Source: Salisapilia sapeloensis CBS 127946 (lineage: Eukaryota > Protista > Oomycota). From it: DNA of 43,802 bases. The position numbers and the translations under genes are program-made. The notes under the pieces are model-generated. The model did not search any database and was not told the origin of the DNA. It saw only the letters and a program-made list of their open reading frames with translations. The DNA lies in the NCBI GenBank assembly GCA_023334545.1, contig JAADVB010000162.1, positions 1-43,802 of the forward strand. The letters run 5' to 3'. Shown here piece by piece: positions 21,456-31,353 of this stretch; within the stretch, counting starts at the first letter, position 1; each line of letters starts with the position of its first letter.

Positions 21456-22898
21456 ATGAGCCGACTGGTCGTTTCCATTCGACACGTCGAGGTCGATGGC
21501 GGTCAGACCGTCTACCTCGTGAGCGTCCAGCAAGACGAGGAAGCGTGGGAAGTCCGTCACACGTACTCTGCCTTCCGAAAACTCCGGGAAGACATTTTGC
21601 ACACCGCCAAGGATAGCCAGAGCCACATTGTGGACGATAAGGCCTCCCAAAAGTTCTTCTCGTCCGTCCAGCAGCTCGCTTTCCCATCCAAGCGGCTATT
21701 CGGTTCCAAGAGTGACCGAGTCGTAAAGACCAGAGCAGCCGAGCTGCACCGCTTCATCAACAAAGTTCTATATTATACCCATTCGTATCTCAAGGACCAA
21801 GAGCTTCTACGCCACAGTCGCAAGGAGGGCAGTCATAAACAAGACGATCGAGCGCCGGCGAGTACGAGCGTCTTCTCCCTGATCAGGAACTTCTTAACAC
21901 CAGAGACAGACGCATTCAATGGATTCCGAGTGCTACGTGAGAGCAAGATGGCTGCTTTACGAGCCGCGGACAAGTCGTTCAAGTCACAGAGCTCGGGCGA
22001 AGACGCATCAGCGCAGCCTGAAGCGGAGAACCAAGAGCCGGTTCCTAGACATGATAAAAAACAGGCCTCATCTGTTCAGCCGGGAGTGGAGAGTCCTACG
22101 TCGCCTGAGCTGGAAATCTCCAGCCCTTCGAGCCCGAAGAAACAGCGGGAAGTCAAGCCCCCAAAGTCTTCCAGTCGGAAGAAGAAGAGTAATAACGATA
22201 AGGCGTCAAGTCGGGTGAAGAGCAGTGGTGGGAAAACGTCCAGTACTTCTTCTCGTAAAGCCAAGATGACAGCTCAGAACATTACGTTGCAGGTCCAAAA
22301 GGAGATGGAGGAGTACTTGACCGAATATAACGCCATCATGGTCCTCCGGTACGTCGACCGGTTTATTAACAAGGCGAGTACCAAGACACCTGGCTGCTAC
22401 CGAGTTGATTTGAACGGAAAGCTCGTGGTGGACGCAGAGCGGTTTATTGAAGAGCTGGAAGAGACATTTACGGACATTCCGTCCACCCTTCGCGAGTACT
22501 TCCAAACGTCTCTGCAGGGGGACTATGGCATTCCCAAGTCTTTGGACGAGTACATTCAGATGAAGTGGCAGTCCTTCCAGAATATCGCGCCTGGGAGTAA
22601 CTCCCGATCACGCAATGAAAGCGAAGACTTGAGCTCCGACTCGGACTCGGACGTCGAGTACGTGGTCGAGTCCAACCATAGGCACGTGACGAAACAGAAC
22701 AATTTCACGCAGGAAGAGGAAGACGTTTTGGAAGAGATGGTTGCGAACGGCACGGCTGGGAAAGACCAGGTACTGCGTCTTCGTCGGCAAATGAATGAGC
22801 GAGGGTGGAATCGCGGGAGGCACCCGAGCCGTCGCGTGCACGAGTCGAACTCGGATAGCAGCGACAGCGACAGCTCTTCCAGCGATGAAAGTGTGTAA
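21456..22898 (+). CDS. PX (phox homology) domain protein
   Basis: N-terminal TVYLVSV..WEVRHTYSAFRKL...FPSKRLFGSKS...RAAELHRFI, a Ser/Lys-rich linker, a helical C-terminal region and an SD-rich end. Confidence 0.85.
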   Translation: MSRLVVSIRHVEVDGGQTVYLVSVQQDEEAWEVRHTYSAFRKLREDILHTAKDSQSHIVDDKASQKFFSSVQQLAFPSKRLFGSKSDRVVKTRAAELHRFINKVLYYTHSYLKDQELLRHSRKEGSHKQDDRAPASTSVFSLIRNFLTPETDAFNGFRVLRESKMAALRAADKSFKSQSSGEDASAQPEAENQEPVPRHDKKQASSVQPGVESPTSPELEISSPSSPKKQREVKPPKSSSRKKKSNNDKASSRVKSSGGKTSSTSSRKAKMTAQNITLQVQKEMEEYLTEYNAIMVLRYVDRFINKASTKTPGCYRVDLNGKLVVDAERFIEELEETFTDIPSTLREYFQTSLQGDYGIPKSLDEYIQMKWQSFQNIAPGSNSRSRNESEDLSSDSDSDVEYVVESNHRHVTKQNNFTQEEEDVLEEMVANGTAGKDQVLRLRRQMNERGWNRGRHPSRRVHESNSDSSDSDSSSSDESV

Positions 22899-24177
22899 GA
22901 TACATAAGTCGGCGCATGGTTGGTCGCTAAATCTATCTTTTTCCGTGTTCATTGTGCTTGAGTCGACTGAGTAGCTAGAGAGTTGGTGGTATTGAGGTGG
23001 CATGCATAGTACCGTATCATTCCATGTGCCAAAGAAGCTGCTGCTGCTGAACGTTTGCAGTGAAAGCGATGGGACGAGCAAGTTTACGACAGCGTGCATA
23101 CGGCTGGCTCTCTTTCCGACAGTCAGCACTTGGATTCGTCAGACGTGGCGAGGCGAAGAAGAAGAGTGCTACTGCTTTTAGCGTCTTCTAGTTGTTCAGA
23201 TCATAGACCTGCGGTAAGTACATCCGTTGTGGACTATTTCTCATGGGCGTGAACTGCCCTGCAGCCAAGTTACCACAAATGGATCTAGCTATAGGCGGGT
23301 TTACTTCATCAAGAATCCTCGAAGTCTACTAACACGAAGATAATAAGCTTATTCTCAGTACAGCAGTCTAACAAAGACATTAGCTTCATTCTTCTAAACA
23401 TACCTTACAGACATACCCGAAAGTTTGCTAGTATGAAGCAGGTGTCATACTCGTAGCTACTAATTCTCGACTCCTATTTCCAAGCAAACGATCTTTGCTG
23501 GCAGCATGGCAGCATCCGACTTTGAGAGCATCTCCCATTTAGACAGTGTGGCAAAATTCCGGACGCACCCACTGCAATGCCTTAACGTGCTCCTTTCGGT
23601 TTTATCGACAATGAGTCCTACGCCGGTACAAGAATCCAGTGACTAGCTACCTAGTTCAACTTTGGCAAAACTAGTACGCATGACGCGTCCTTGAGCTATA
23701 GCGTTCAGCTACTGTGCTCAACGACAATCGCTAGTACCAAAAAGCACATTTGCTTGCGCGAGTCACGAAAATTGACTTCCATTCAGCGCATGACGTTGTG
23801 ATCTACTAGCTATCTATTCATTTGTATGCGCGATGATTTAACTTGCATAAAACATACCTCCGCCTGTGGCAACTGCGACGGATCGCAGTCGATTCCTGGA
23901 AAGCTATAGTCGACCATGGGACATCGGGTTCTTATTCAGCTTGCATTCCCATGGGCAGTCACCGGATAGTAGACGTACGCAAAGGACAACGTACGCATGC
24001 GCCTCACCTCGTCCCCGTCCCCTTGAAATGCAACACAGCGACCTGATTTGCAACATTTCAATCATCTTCGTTATAGTGGGTGCGCGACCTTTGAAATGTA
24101 AGAAAAAATTCAGCTGCGAACATATTCGCTGGATTTCGGCCATTTCCAACCTCCTAACTCGAGGACAACACCCTACC

Positions 24178-25044
24178 ATGAAGCTCACGCTCGTACCTCT
24201 CCTCCTCGCCTCCGCCTCCGCGACCGAGGTGAGCGTCTGCAGAGACGCCACCTACGACCTGCAAGTAGACCCCGCCAGCATTTGCTCTGGCGACGGAGCC
24301 AGCCCGCACGGCGCCACCTGCCCCAAAGTCGGAGACGTCGCCAAGAAAGATTGCCTTCCCTACCTCCCCTCCTACATGAACGACGGATGCTACGCATTCG
24401 AAGACGCCGTCTGCCAGATCGTGCACGACGACGTCTGGGGATGCGTCTTCCCCTCCATCGGCTGCCTTCCCGCCGACGTCCCCAAGTGCGAGGACTGGGA
24501 CTTTGATCTCGACGCTTCTCCGGACTTTGTCGCCTGGCCCAACCCGTCCGACGCGACCAACTCGAGCTGGTTCAAGAAGATGCGAGAGCCGTCCGATATC
24601 TCTCTCTGCCAGCCACCGACGCCAGCACCTACGCCAGCACCGACTCCAGCGCCGACGCAGGCACCTACGCCAGCACCCACCCCAGCGCCGACTCCCGCTC
24701 CAACCCCGAAGAAGACGTCTGCACCGACGCCAGCGCCCACGTCGAAGCAAACATCGGCCCCGACTCCTGCTCCGACGCCTCAGAGTACGTCTAGTTCGAC
24801 GCGAGACCGTTTAACTTCTTCCGATGAAAAGGAAGACTCGTCTAAATCGGCAGCTAATGCGAACTTTCGTAGCGAGCAATCGGAGGCGGAGAAAGCTGGC
24901 GGTCAATATACACTTCCACTGATCATCGCGGGTGCTGCTGCGCTGGTGGCCGCAGCTGTGATGGCGACCCTGTACCGCCGTCGCCAGCAGAAGAAGGACG
25001 AGATGGAACTGAACAGCCACGTCTTCACTCCGACCGAGTGCTAA
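24178..25044 (+). CDS. Oomycete Cys-rich 'carbohydrate-binding'/mucin-like type I membrane protein, copy 1
   Basis: Signal peptide starts at ATG 24178 ([15 protein letters not shown]), not at the track's 23866. [12 protein letters not shown]...[23 protein letters not shown] domain, PTPA stalk, TM helix ([21 protein letters not shown]), RRR stop-transfer. Confidence 0.85.
   Translation: MKLTLVPLLLASASATEVSVCRDATYDLQVDPASICSGDGASPHGATCPKVGDVAKKDCLPYLPSYMNDGCYAFEDAVCQIVHDDVWGCVFPSIGCLPADVPKCEDWDFDLDASPDFVAWPNPSDATNSSWFKKMREPSDISLCQPPTPAPTPAPTPAPTQAPTPAPTPAPTPAPTPKKTSAPTPAPTSKQTSAPTPAPTPQSTSSSTRDRLTSSDEKEDSSKSAANANFRSEQSEAEKAGGQYTLPLIIAGAAALVAAAVMATLYRRRQQKKDEMELNSHVFTPTEC
24613..24780 (+). repeat. 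12-nt tandem repeat encoding (PTPA)n mucin stalk
   Basis: Variants of CCGACGCCAGCA repeated about 12 times, with two interruptions. Confidence 0.85.
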
Positions 25045-25417
25045 GAGAGAAGAAGAAATAATGAGCTGGGAAGAATCAGTTCATACGTACTTGCCCAAGT
25101 CGTCTTTGCCATCACGAGAGGCTACATAATCCAATTTTCTTTATTTTACCTAGCAAGTCTTCATTTCTTCTTATCTCCGGAACGAATGAGTTTGTGCCAA
25201 ATCAGAGCTGCTTTATGGAAAGTATGAGGCAGAAGGCGCCTACTTGTCTGGACACTTTCACCTCTCTGTATCAGGACATGGAAACAATCGACTCCGAAAA
25301 CCTGTACCCATGGTTCGATCTACTATCTTTTAGTATGTCCTGAGTTTCAACCCACGACCATGGTTGCGTCAAAAGGCCGCGACCTGTCCATCCGTCACAA
25401 ATACTTTCGACGCCACG

Positions 25418-26653
25418 ATGAAGACGCTGCTCTTCGCATTCTTCCTAGCGACAGCGTCAGCTTCCGACGTCAGCGTCTGCAGAGATGCGACTTATGAGGT
25501 CCAGGTTACCAGCGATGGCATATGCTTTGGCAAAGGAGACCTCCCGCTCGGCACTGCCTGTCCGAAAGCTGGAGATGTCACGACCAAAGACTGCCACCCA
25601 TTCCAGCCATCTTATGACGGTGGAGTGTGCAGAGCGAAGGAAGATGCGGTCTGTGAAATCGTCCACGATGACGTCTGGGGATGTGTCTTCCCGTCAATCG
25701 GTTGCGACGACTCGAGCGTGACGGCAAGCCCGATTGCCGATAGCGAGTGCCCAACTTGGTACTACGAATCCGACAAAAGCTTGACTACTGCCATCTTTCA
25801 AGAGGTACTCACGGAAGACTCTCTAAATCCTATTTGGTTCACGAAGAAGACTTCGGTGAGTGAGGTGTACGAATGCGGAGCGATTCCAACAAATCCTCCT
25901 GTTCCCTCCGATCCTCATGCTACCAGTCCTCCAGCCACGGAAGCTCCAAGTATTCCAACTAATGAGCCTTCGATGGAAACAGAGTCCCCCACGGTTGTTC
26001 CATCCGTTAGCCCAACCGTTGTGCCAACAGAAATGCCGACAGAGACTCCAGCGCCAACACCAGAGCCCATCATGAAGCCTACAGCCGAACCGACAGCGAC
26101 ACCCACAACGAAGCCTACTCCAGAGCCAACACCACAGCCTACGCCTGAGCCAACACCGGAACCTACTCTGGCACCAACATCGGAGCCAACTCCAGAGCCT
26201 ACACCTGAACCAACACCGGAGCCAACTCTCGCTCCAACGCCAGAGCCTACGCTGGCACCGACCGTAGAACCAACTCCTGATCCAACATCGGAGCCTACTC
26301 CGCTACCGACGCTTGATCCCATTCAAGGGCCAACGCCAGAACCTTCTGACTATTCAACTCCTGTTCCAACATCGTCATCGGCTTCAACGTCTACGTCGTG
26401 TTCTTCAGATTCAAGTCCAATACAGCAGGGGCCTCAGGCCGCTGCTGCTACTGTTTATGCAGAGACCAATGCTAAGGATGGAGTGGAAGAAAGTGAAAAC
26501 GCTGGATTTGAAGTGCCATTATTCATCGCAATTGGCGCTACTGTAGTCGCGGTCGCTACTGTCTTTGCGCTATATCGACGCCATCAATGGCAGTCAAAGT
26601 CGGAGTCGGAGTCAGGTTCAGCCCAGTTTGTCTTCACTCCGACAGAGGTCTAG
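25418..26653 (+). CDS. Oomycete Cys-rich mucin-like type I membrane protein, copy 2 (tandem paralogue)
   Basis: ATG 25418 (MKTLLFAFFLATASA), the same SVCRDATY...[22 protein letters not shown] domain, PTPE stalk, TM helix (VPLFIAIGATVVAVATVFALY), RR. Confidence 0.85.
   Translation: MKTLLFAFFLATASASDVSVCRDATYEVQVTSDGICFGKGDLPLGTACPKAGDVTTKDCHPFQPSYDGGVCRAKEDAVCEIVHDDVWGCVFPSIGCDDSSVTASPIADSECPTWYYESDKSLTTAIFQEVLTEDSLNPIWFTKKTSVSEVYECGAIPTNPPVPSDPHATSPPATEAPSIPTNEPSMETESPTVVPSVSPTVVPTEMPTETPAPTPEPIMKPTAEPTATPTTKPTPEPTPQPTPEPTPEPTLAPTSEPTPEPTPEPTPEPTLAPTPEPTLAPTVEPTPDPTSEPTPLPTLDPIQGPTPEPSDYSTPVPTSSSASTSTSCSSDSSPIQQGPQAAAATVYAETNAKDGVEESENAGFEVPLFIAIGATVVAVATVFALYRRHQWQSKSESESGSAQFVFTPTEV
26042..26346 (+). 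repeat. Degenerate 12-nt repeat encoding (PTPE/PTLA)n stalk
   Basis: Repeated CCAAC(A/T)CC(A/G)GAG-type units. Confidence 0.8.
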
Positions 26654-26818
26654 TTGGATGTTTCAAGTAGGAGAAACGAAAGTGACGAATGAAGTCGCGA
26701 ACAATGTCCAAATGAACAAAAATAAAAATAGGAATGGATAAAGCTTGCTTTTCGTACTAAGAATTTCAAGTTAAAAGTTCAATTCTACTCTTGGAGTACA
26801 ATGGGAACTTACCTGTAG

Positions 26819-28531
26819 CTACATGACCGTGCAAAGAGAACACGTCGGTTCTTTCTCGTCGTTGCGCATGGTTAAAGCTTTGTTTTCACGCTGCGGCTGC
26901 GGTAGCGGAGTAGCCAATGGACGTTCCACCGGTAGTGTCATCGACAAAGTTGGGATCGTACGTTCTCTTTGCATATCTTCCAGAACTTTGGACGTCAATC
27001 TGTCCACTGCAACAGGATCAACCAACGGCCCAGAGAATGCTCGTGAGAAAGTTGGATTTTGCTCTTGTTCGTTCTTCGCATCGGTTTTGCTTTTAGATAT
27101 AGCTGGAGGAGCTGATTTTGATTTAGCCTCTGCGTTTTCAGCGTCATCATGGAAAAGTTCATCGGAAGTGCTGTAGATTTCTGCATCTTCGCTAAATACA
27201 TCTGAACAAGAGTTCCGACTATAAAGCAAATCCAGTTGTCGATTCTTGTCTGCCTGGTCCTCTTCTTCCGTTTTGCCTTTTGTGTTTTCTCGTTCTTGGT
27301 CCTCACTGGCTTCTGCATCTTCATGATCATTCTTTGTGTCTTGACAGCCCGGAGCTTCCGCATCCTTCTCTCCTTCCACTCTTTGGGGTGGAGCATCCCT
27401 TTCCACTGTTTTGCCTGCTTCATCGTTCTCGTTACCACTCGCAGAATTCGGAGGCATACTATTGTCAGGATCTTTGACACGCTCTTCATTTGTAGTATCT
27501 TCGTCATCACCGTGACTGTCTGTGCCTTCATCCTGGTAAACAAGGTTTTTTGAGTCTTTATTTCCTTCCGCTCTTTCGATAGAGGCATGGATATCCTTAT
27601 CTCCTGCTTCGTCGTCTTCATTTAGCTTCGTAGAACTTGGAACTGTAGTATCGTCGAGGTCTTCGACACGCTCCGGTGTCTTTACTTCGTCGCTCTTGGA
27701 CATTGATGACGAGAGTGACATTGGCAATGCGAAGCCAATGCTTTCACGGCGATAGTGGCGAGTTTCCACTTTGCCTTGAATCTTGGTCATGGTAAAATCA
27801 ACCACTTCACCCTTGCCAGTAGAGCACAGATAAGACGATGTAACTTTTCCACGCTTCTTGTCTACAAGGGATACTGGATGATTGAACTTGGTACGCATTC
27901 GACTTGAGTCGTGAACGCTAAATTGCAGTCCGCGATCCCCATTGCTTACATGCTGCATCGTAAATTTACAGTATAAAGATGAGTTCCTCTGGAGTGTGTG
28001 AAAATGAAAGCAGAATCCTAGGTTACCATGCCGGACGCTGCGCCCATCTTGCTGATGGAGAATTGCATTTCGCCCTTGGTAGACACCTTTTGCAAACTAA
28101 TCGAGTCATGGTGGAAGGGTGTCTTTGTGCTGAGAGACTTTTCATCCGACGTCTGTAGCGTGAAGGCTTGGTCATAATCCAGCGGCGTGCCATTAAAGTG
28201 GGTCTCCTCGTCCACTGCCGTTCTGTGTATAAGCCTGAGCATGTACTAGTAGGACTGGACAATTCACGCAAAGCACGTACACGACAAACTCGGCTTCCTC
28301 GAACCGTTCACTAGCTTTGGCTTGGGTGGGTGGAATGGCCAGTAGAAGCTGTCCTCTGGAGGGTAGAAACCCGACCTTCGAGTCGACTCCGTCGAGTCCC
28401 GTCCTGGCCTTGAGCGTCACCACATCTCCGAAACAAATGAGCTTCTCGTCGCTCATGGCAGTGTCAGGCGTTCTTTTGAAGTGGCGAATATCTCTCCGAA
28501 GACTTTGCAGCGTCGCATGAAACTCCTTCAT
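26819..28531 (-). CDS. Multi-exon hypothetical protein with acidic disordered region and C-terminal CaaX motif
   Basis: Coding-like pieces 28531-~28280 (MKEFHATLQ...LICFGDVVTLKARTG...FEEAEFV), ~28245-28027 (NGTPLDYDQAFTLQTSDEKSLS) and the 379-codon terminal ORF ending CSLCTVM*. Exact junctions are uncertain. Confidence 0.65.
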
Positions 28532-28767
28532 GGGACTAGCTCGCAACTTCTCATGTGAAAAAAACCAAACTTGTATTTTCTTAAAGGAAAAGCAAATGCA
28601 ATTGTCCCCTGCTTTCGTCGTACTCGCTTTCTCTCGCGGCACTTGTTCATGCGCCAAAGCCTACTCTCTACATCTTTTGTCCTCAACATTTTTATCTTTT
28701 TTGTCGTTACCTCGCCTTCAAGCAGACGCGAGCACCTTGTCAACCAACTCAAATGGGCACAAGCTTC

Positions 28768-31353
28768 TTACTTTTGCATGTGCTCCGAACCAGGCATGTA
28801 CGTAAACCCTTCGAAATGGGCCTGCGCTTTATGTGTTGCGCCAAGCTCCTGCGTCACAGGCGAGTCGCGCGGGATCTCTCTCGTGAACACATTCGCAACA
28901 TTGTTCGTGTCGGCCTCGTTGCTCACCACTGGCTTGAAAGGCGGCTCCATCTCTCGCTTGAACAAAAGGTCAAAGTCAATGCTAGCAAAGAACGGGTGGT
29001 CCATGATCTCCTGCGCGCCAGAAGGCCCAGATCCGAGACGTTTCGCCGGGTCACGACGTAAGAGTGCTGTCAAGAGATCCTTGGCATCTTCCGAAAAGGC
29101 TTGCGGGAACGCAACGTCTCGGTGGAGGATGTTGTGGAACATGCGCTTGCGGTTGCGGTCGAAGAACGGGGTCTGCCCAGTCATCATCTCGTACAGGAGG
29201 GTGCCAAAGCCCCACCAGTCGACGGCCTTACCGTACGGAAGACCCTTCAGCAGCTCCGGCGCAATGTACTCGGCTGTACCACAGAAGGTCTTGGCACCAT
29301 CAGGAACGTCGACGTTCTCTTTGGACAGCCCAAAGTCCGTGAGGGCGATAAATCCCCTTTCGTCCATCAGAATGTTCTCCAACTTGAGGTCTCGGTAGGC
29401 AATGTTCAGTTCGTGCAAGTGCGCCATGGCCATGAGCAGCTGCGCGGCGTAGAAGCGAGCGCGTTTCTCCTGGAACTTCCTTGATTTGCGCAAGTGGAAG
29501 AAGAGGGAACCTCCATTGTAGTAGTCCATGACGAGGTAGAGCTTGTCCTCTGTCTGGAAAGCGTACTTGAGTCGCACCACGAACGGGTGATCAATATCAC
29601 GGAGGATACGTCGCTCACTCTTGGTGTGCTCGACCTGGTTCTTGGCAAAGACCGCAGCCTTCTTGAGCACCTTCATGGCGTAGACAGCGTTCGGGTTGGC
29701 GTTATTGTCCGGTACCTTCTTTCGAACGAGCATGACTTTACCGAACGCTCCCTTGCCAATCACCTTGAGAAGATCAAAGTCTTCCACACTCAACTTGCTG
29801 TTGTTCCCACCAGCACCGCCACCCGTCTCACTCGCCTTGGAAAAGTCGTTCGTATTCGTCGACATCTCCGTGTCCGAGCGAATTCGTGAGTCGTTCGACA
29901 AGTCCGTCGCGTTCGACGCGCCGCGGTTCTGTCGAGGCATGTTCGACTGCTGGTTCGGTCGCGGACCTTCCGTCGCACACTCGGTACACACCCGCTGGGC
30001 AGTGCTGGACCCAGGCAAGAAGAGTCGGTCACGAGAGCACGCGTTACAGACTGCGCGATGACACATGCGGCAGTGATGACGACGGTCAAAGAGTGTGAAG
30101 TGGAAGAGACACAGGTTGCAGTGCTTTTCGCTGCCAGAGTTATTGAACTTGTTGTCGCGTCTCGAGTCCTTCCGCTGGAGGCTCGTGGACGATACGGGGG
30201 CGGACGCTGGAGGCAAGGGAACTGGCTTCTCCTTGTCGACGTATTGAGCCGCATCGCGCACTTCCAAGAAGCGGAAGAGGGCGTCCTGGATCTGGTTGAT
30301 GCAAAACGCTGTCACGTAGTAGTGGTTCGCGTGCACTCTCGGCGGCCGACCGGCACTTAGACACGTGCAGCCAGTACGGTGGGGAGCGTCACCTTCCAGC
30401 TTGGTCTGGAAAAGCTCATCGTTGCTCTCCCAGTACATGGTGCGATGTGCCAGGATGCTCTTGACGGACTGAGAGTCTCCGTCTTCAATTCGATGGGAGC
30501 TCTCGATCAAAGCAATAGCTCCGTTCCGTCGAATGAGCTGCTCGCCACGAGACTGCAAGAGATACTTGATGAGCACGCCTCCGTACGAGTAGCCCAAAAA
30601 GTAGATACGTCGAGCCTGCGTCGGTGCAATGTACTTGTCCCAGAGCGTGTTCATGTGCTCTTCCGGAGAGGATGAGCCAGGGATCTGGATGCGCTGTTTG
30701 CCGTCACGGAGCACAATCACGTTCTTGTTCGGATTGGCCACGACAATGCCATAGCCTTCGTCCATGGCTTTGCGGAAGTACGCGAGCATCGATCCGGACT
30801 TAACGCCGGCGTGCAGGACGAGGCCTCGACTCCAGAGACCGGGGTAGAGGCCTCGACTGACGGCGACAAAGACCAGCAGTTTGGTGCATGTGTCGTAGTT
30901 GGGCGAGACAAAGACGTTGGCTCGGACAGAGGCCTCCGGAGACGGAATGTACTTTTCCTGGAAGCCTAGTTCCTTGCGCATCGAGTCCTGGACGTACTTG
31001 ACGACCGTGTTGATGATCTCGTCCTGATGTACCGCAATATCGGTCTCATCGAGCCCTTTGCCGGTCGCTTTAAGGTGAATCATTCCTTCCTGATCCATCG
31101 CGTAGAGCGGATGGGAGAATGGCAGTGGGTTTCCTCGGTTCGAGCCGCCGCTGCTGTTGGAGCGCTGGGTCCGACTAGTAGAGTTGGCTCGGTCCAATTG
31201 CTGAGTGTTCGAGTACTCTGCACCATTGCTCATGGTGCGTCCGAGGCTGGTATTGGGCGGGGGTGGCACCGAGGCTTTCGATCGGCTCGAGCCATGGTAC
31301 TCGTTGGCCTGAGTCTTCTTCTTGCGTCCGAAGCGAGGGAATCGAAAGGACAT
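28768..31353 (-). CDS. AGC-family Ser/Thr kinase (SGK/Akt/S6K-like) with N-terminal Arb2/FAM172-like alpha/beta domain and FYVE finger
   Basis: Kinase: GKGAFGKV, AMK, YRDLKLEN, DFG, TFCGTAEYIAPE, hydrophobic motif FEGFTY. FYVE: RRHHCRMC plus 8 Cys. N-terminal domain: GYGIVVANPNKN, SSSPEEH..TLWDKYI...IYFLGYSYGG. Single 861-codon ORF. Confidence 0.9.
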   Translation of the reverse strand: MSFRFPRFGRKKKTQANEYHGSSRSKASVPPPPNTSLGRTMSNGAEYSNTQQLDRANSTSRTQRSNSSGGSNRGNPLPFSHPLYAMDQEGMIHLKATGKGLDETDIAVHQDEIINTVVKYVQDSMRKELGFQEKYIPSPEASVRANVFVSPNYDTCTKLLVFVAVSRGLYPGLWSRGLVLHAGVKSGSMLAYFRKAMDEGYGIVVANPNKNVIVLRDGKQRIQIPGSSSPEEHMNTLWDKYIAPTQARRIYFLGYSYGGVLIKYLLQSRGEQLIRRNGAIALIESSHRIEDGDSQSVKSILAHRTMYWESNDELFQTKLEGDAPHRTGCTCLSAGRPPRVHANHYYVTAFCINQIQDALFRFLEVRDAAQYVDKEKPVPLPPASAPVSSTSLQRKDSRRDNKFNNSGSEKHCNLCLFHFTLFDRRHHCRMCHRAVCNACSRDRLFLPGSSTAQRVCTECATEGPRPNQQSNMPRQNRGASNATDLSNDSRIRSDTEMSTNTNDFSKASETGGGAGGNNSKLSVEDFDLLKVIGKGAFGKVMLVRKKVPDNNANPNAVYAMKVLKKAAVFAKNQVEHTKSERRILRDIDHPFVVRLKYAFQTEDKLYLVMDYYNGGSLFFHLRKSRKFQEKRARFYAAQLLMAMAHLHELNIAYRDLKLENILMDERGFIALTDFGLSKENVDVPDGAKTFCGTAEYIAPELLKGLPYGKAVDWWGFGTLLYEMMTGQTPFFDRNRKRMFHNILHRDVAFPQAFSEDAKDLLTALLRRDPAKRLGSGPSGAQEIMDHPFFASIDFDLLFKREMEPPFKPVVSNEADTNNVANVFTREIPRDSPVTQELGATHKAQAHFEGFTYMPGSEHMQK

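Noticed and set aside
23866-24177. 104-aa N-terminal extension of mucin copy 1
   Set aside because: The signal peptide and the alignment with copy 2 both begin at ATG 24178.
24613-26346. Regular short repeats as a CRISPR-like or non-coding array
   Set aside because: The repeats are in frame, vary at synonymous positions, encode Pro/Thr stalks and have no unique spacers.
28571-29398. 275-aa plus-strand ORF, and similar antisense ORFs over the P450, CTF18, the mucins and ubiquilin
   Set aside because: They lie antisense or out of frame to well-supported GC3-rich genes, where long shadow ORFs are expected. They carry no motifs.
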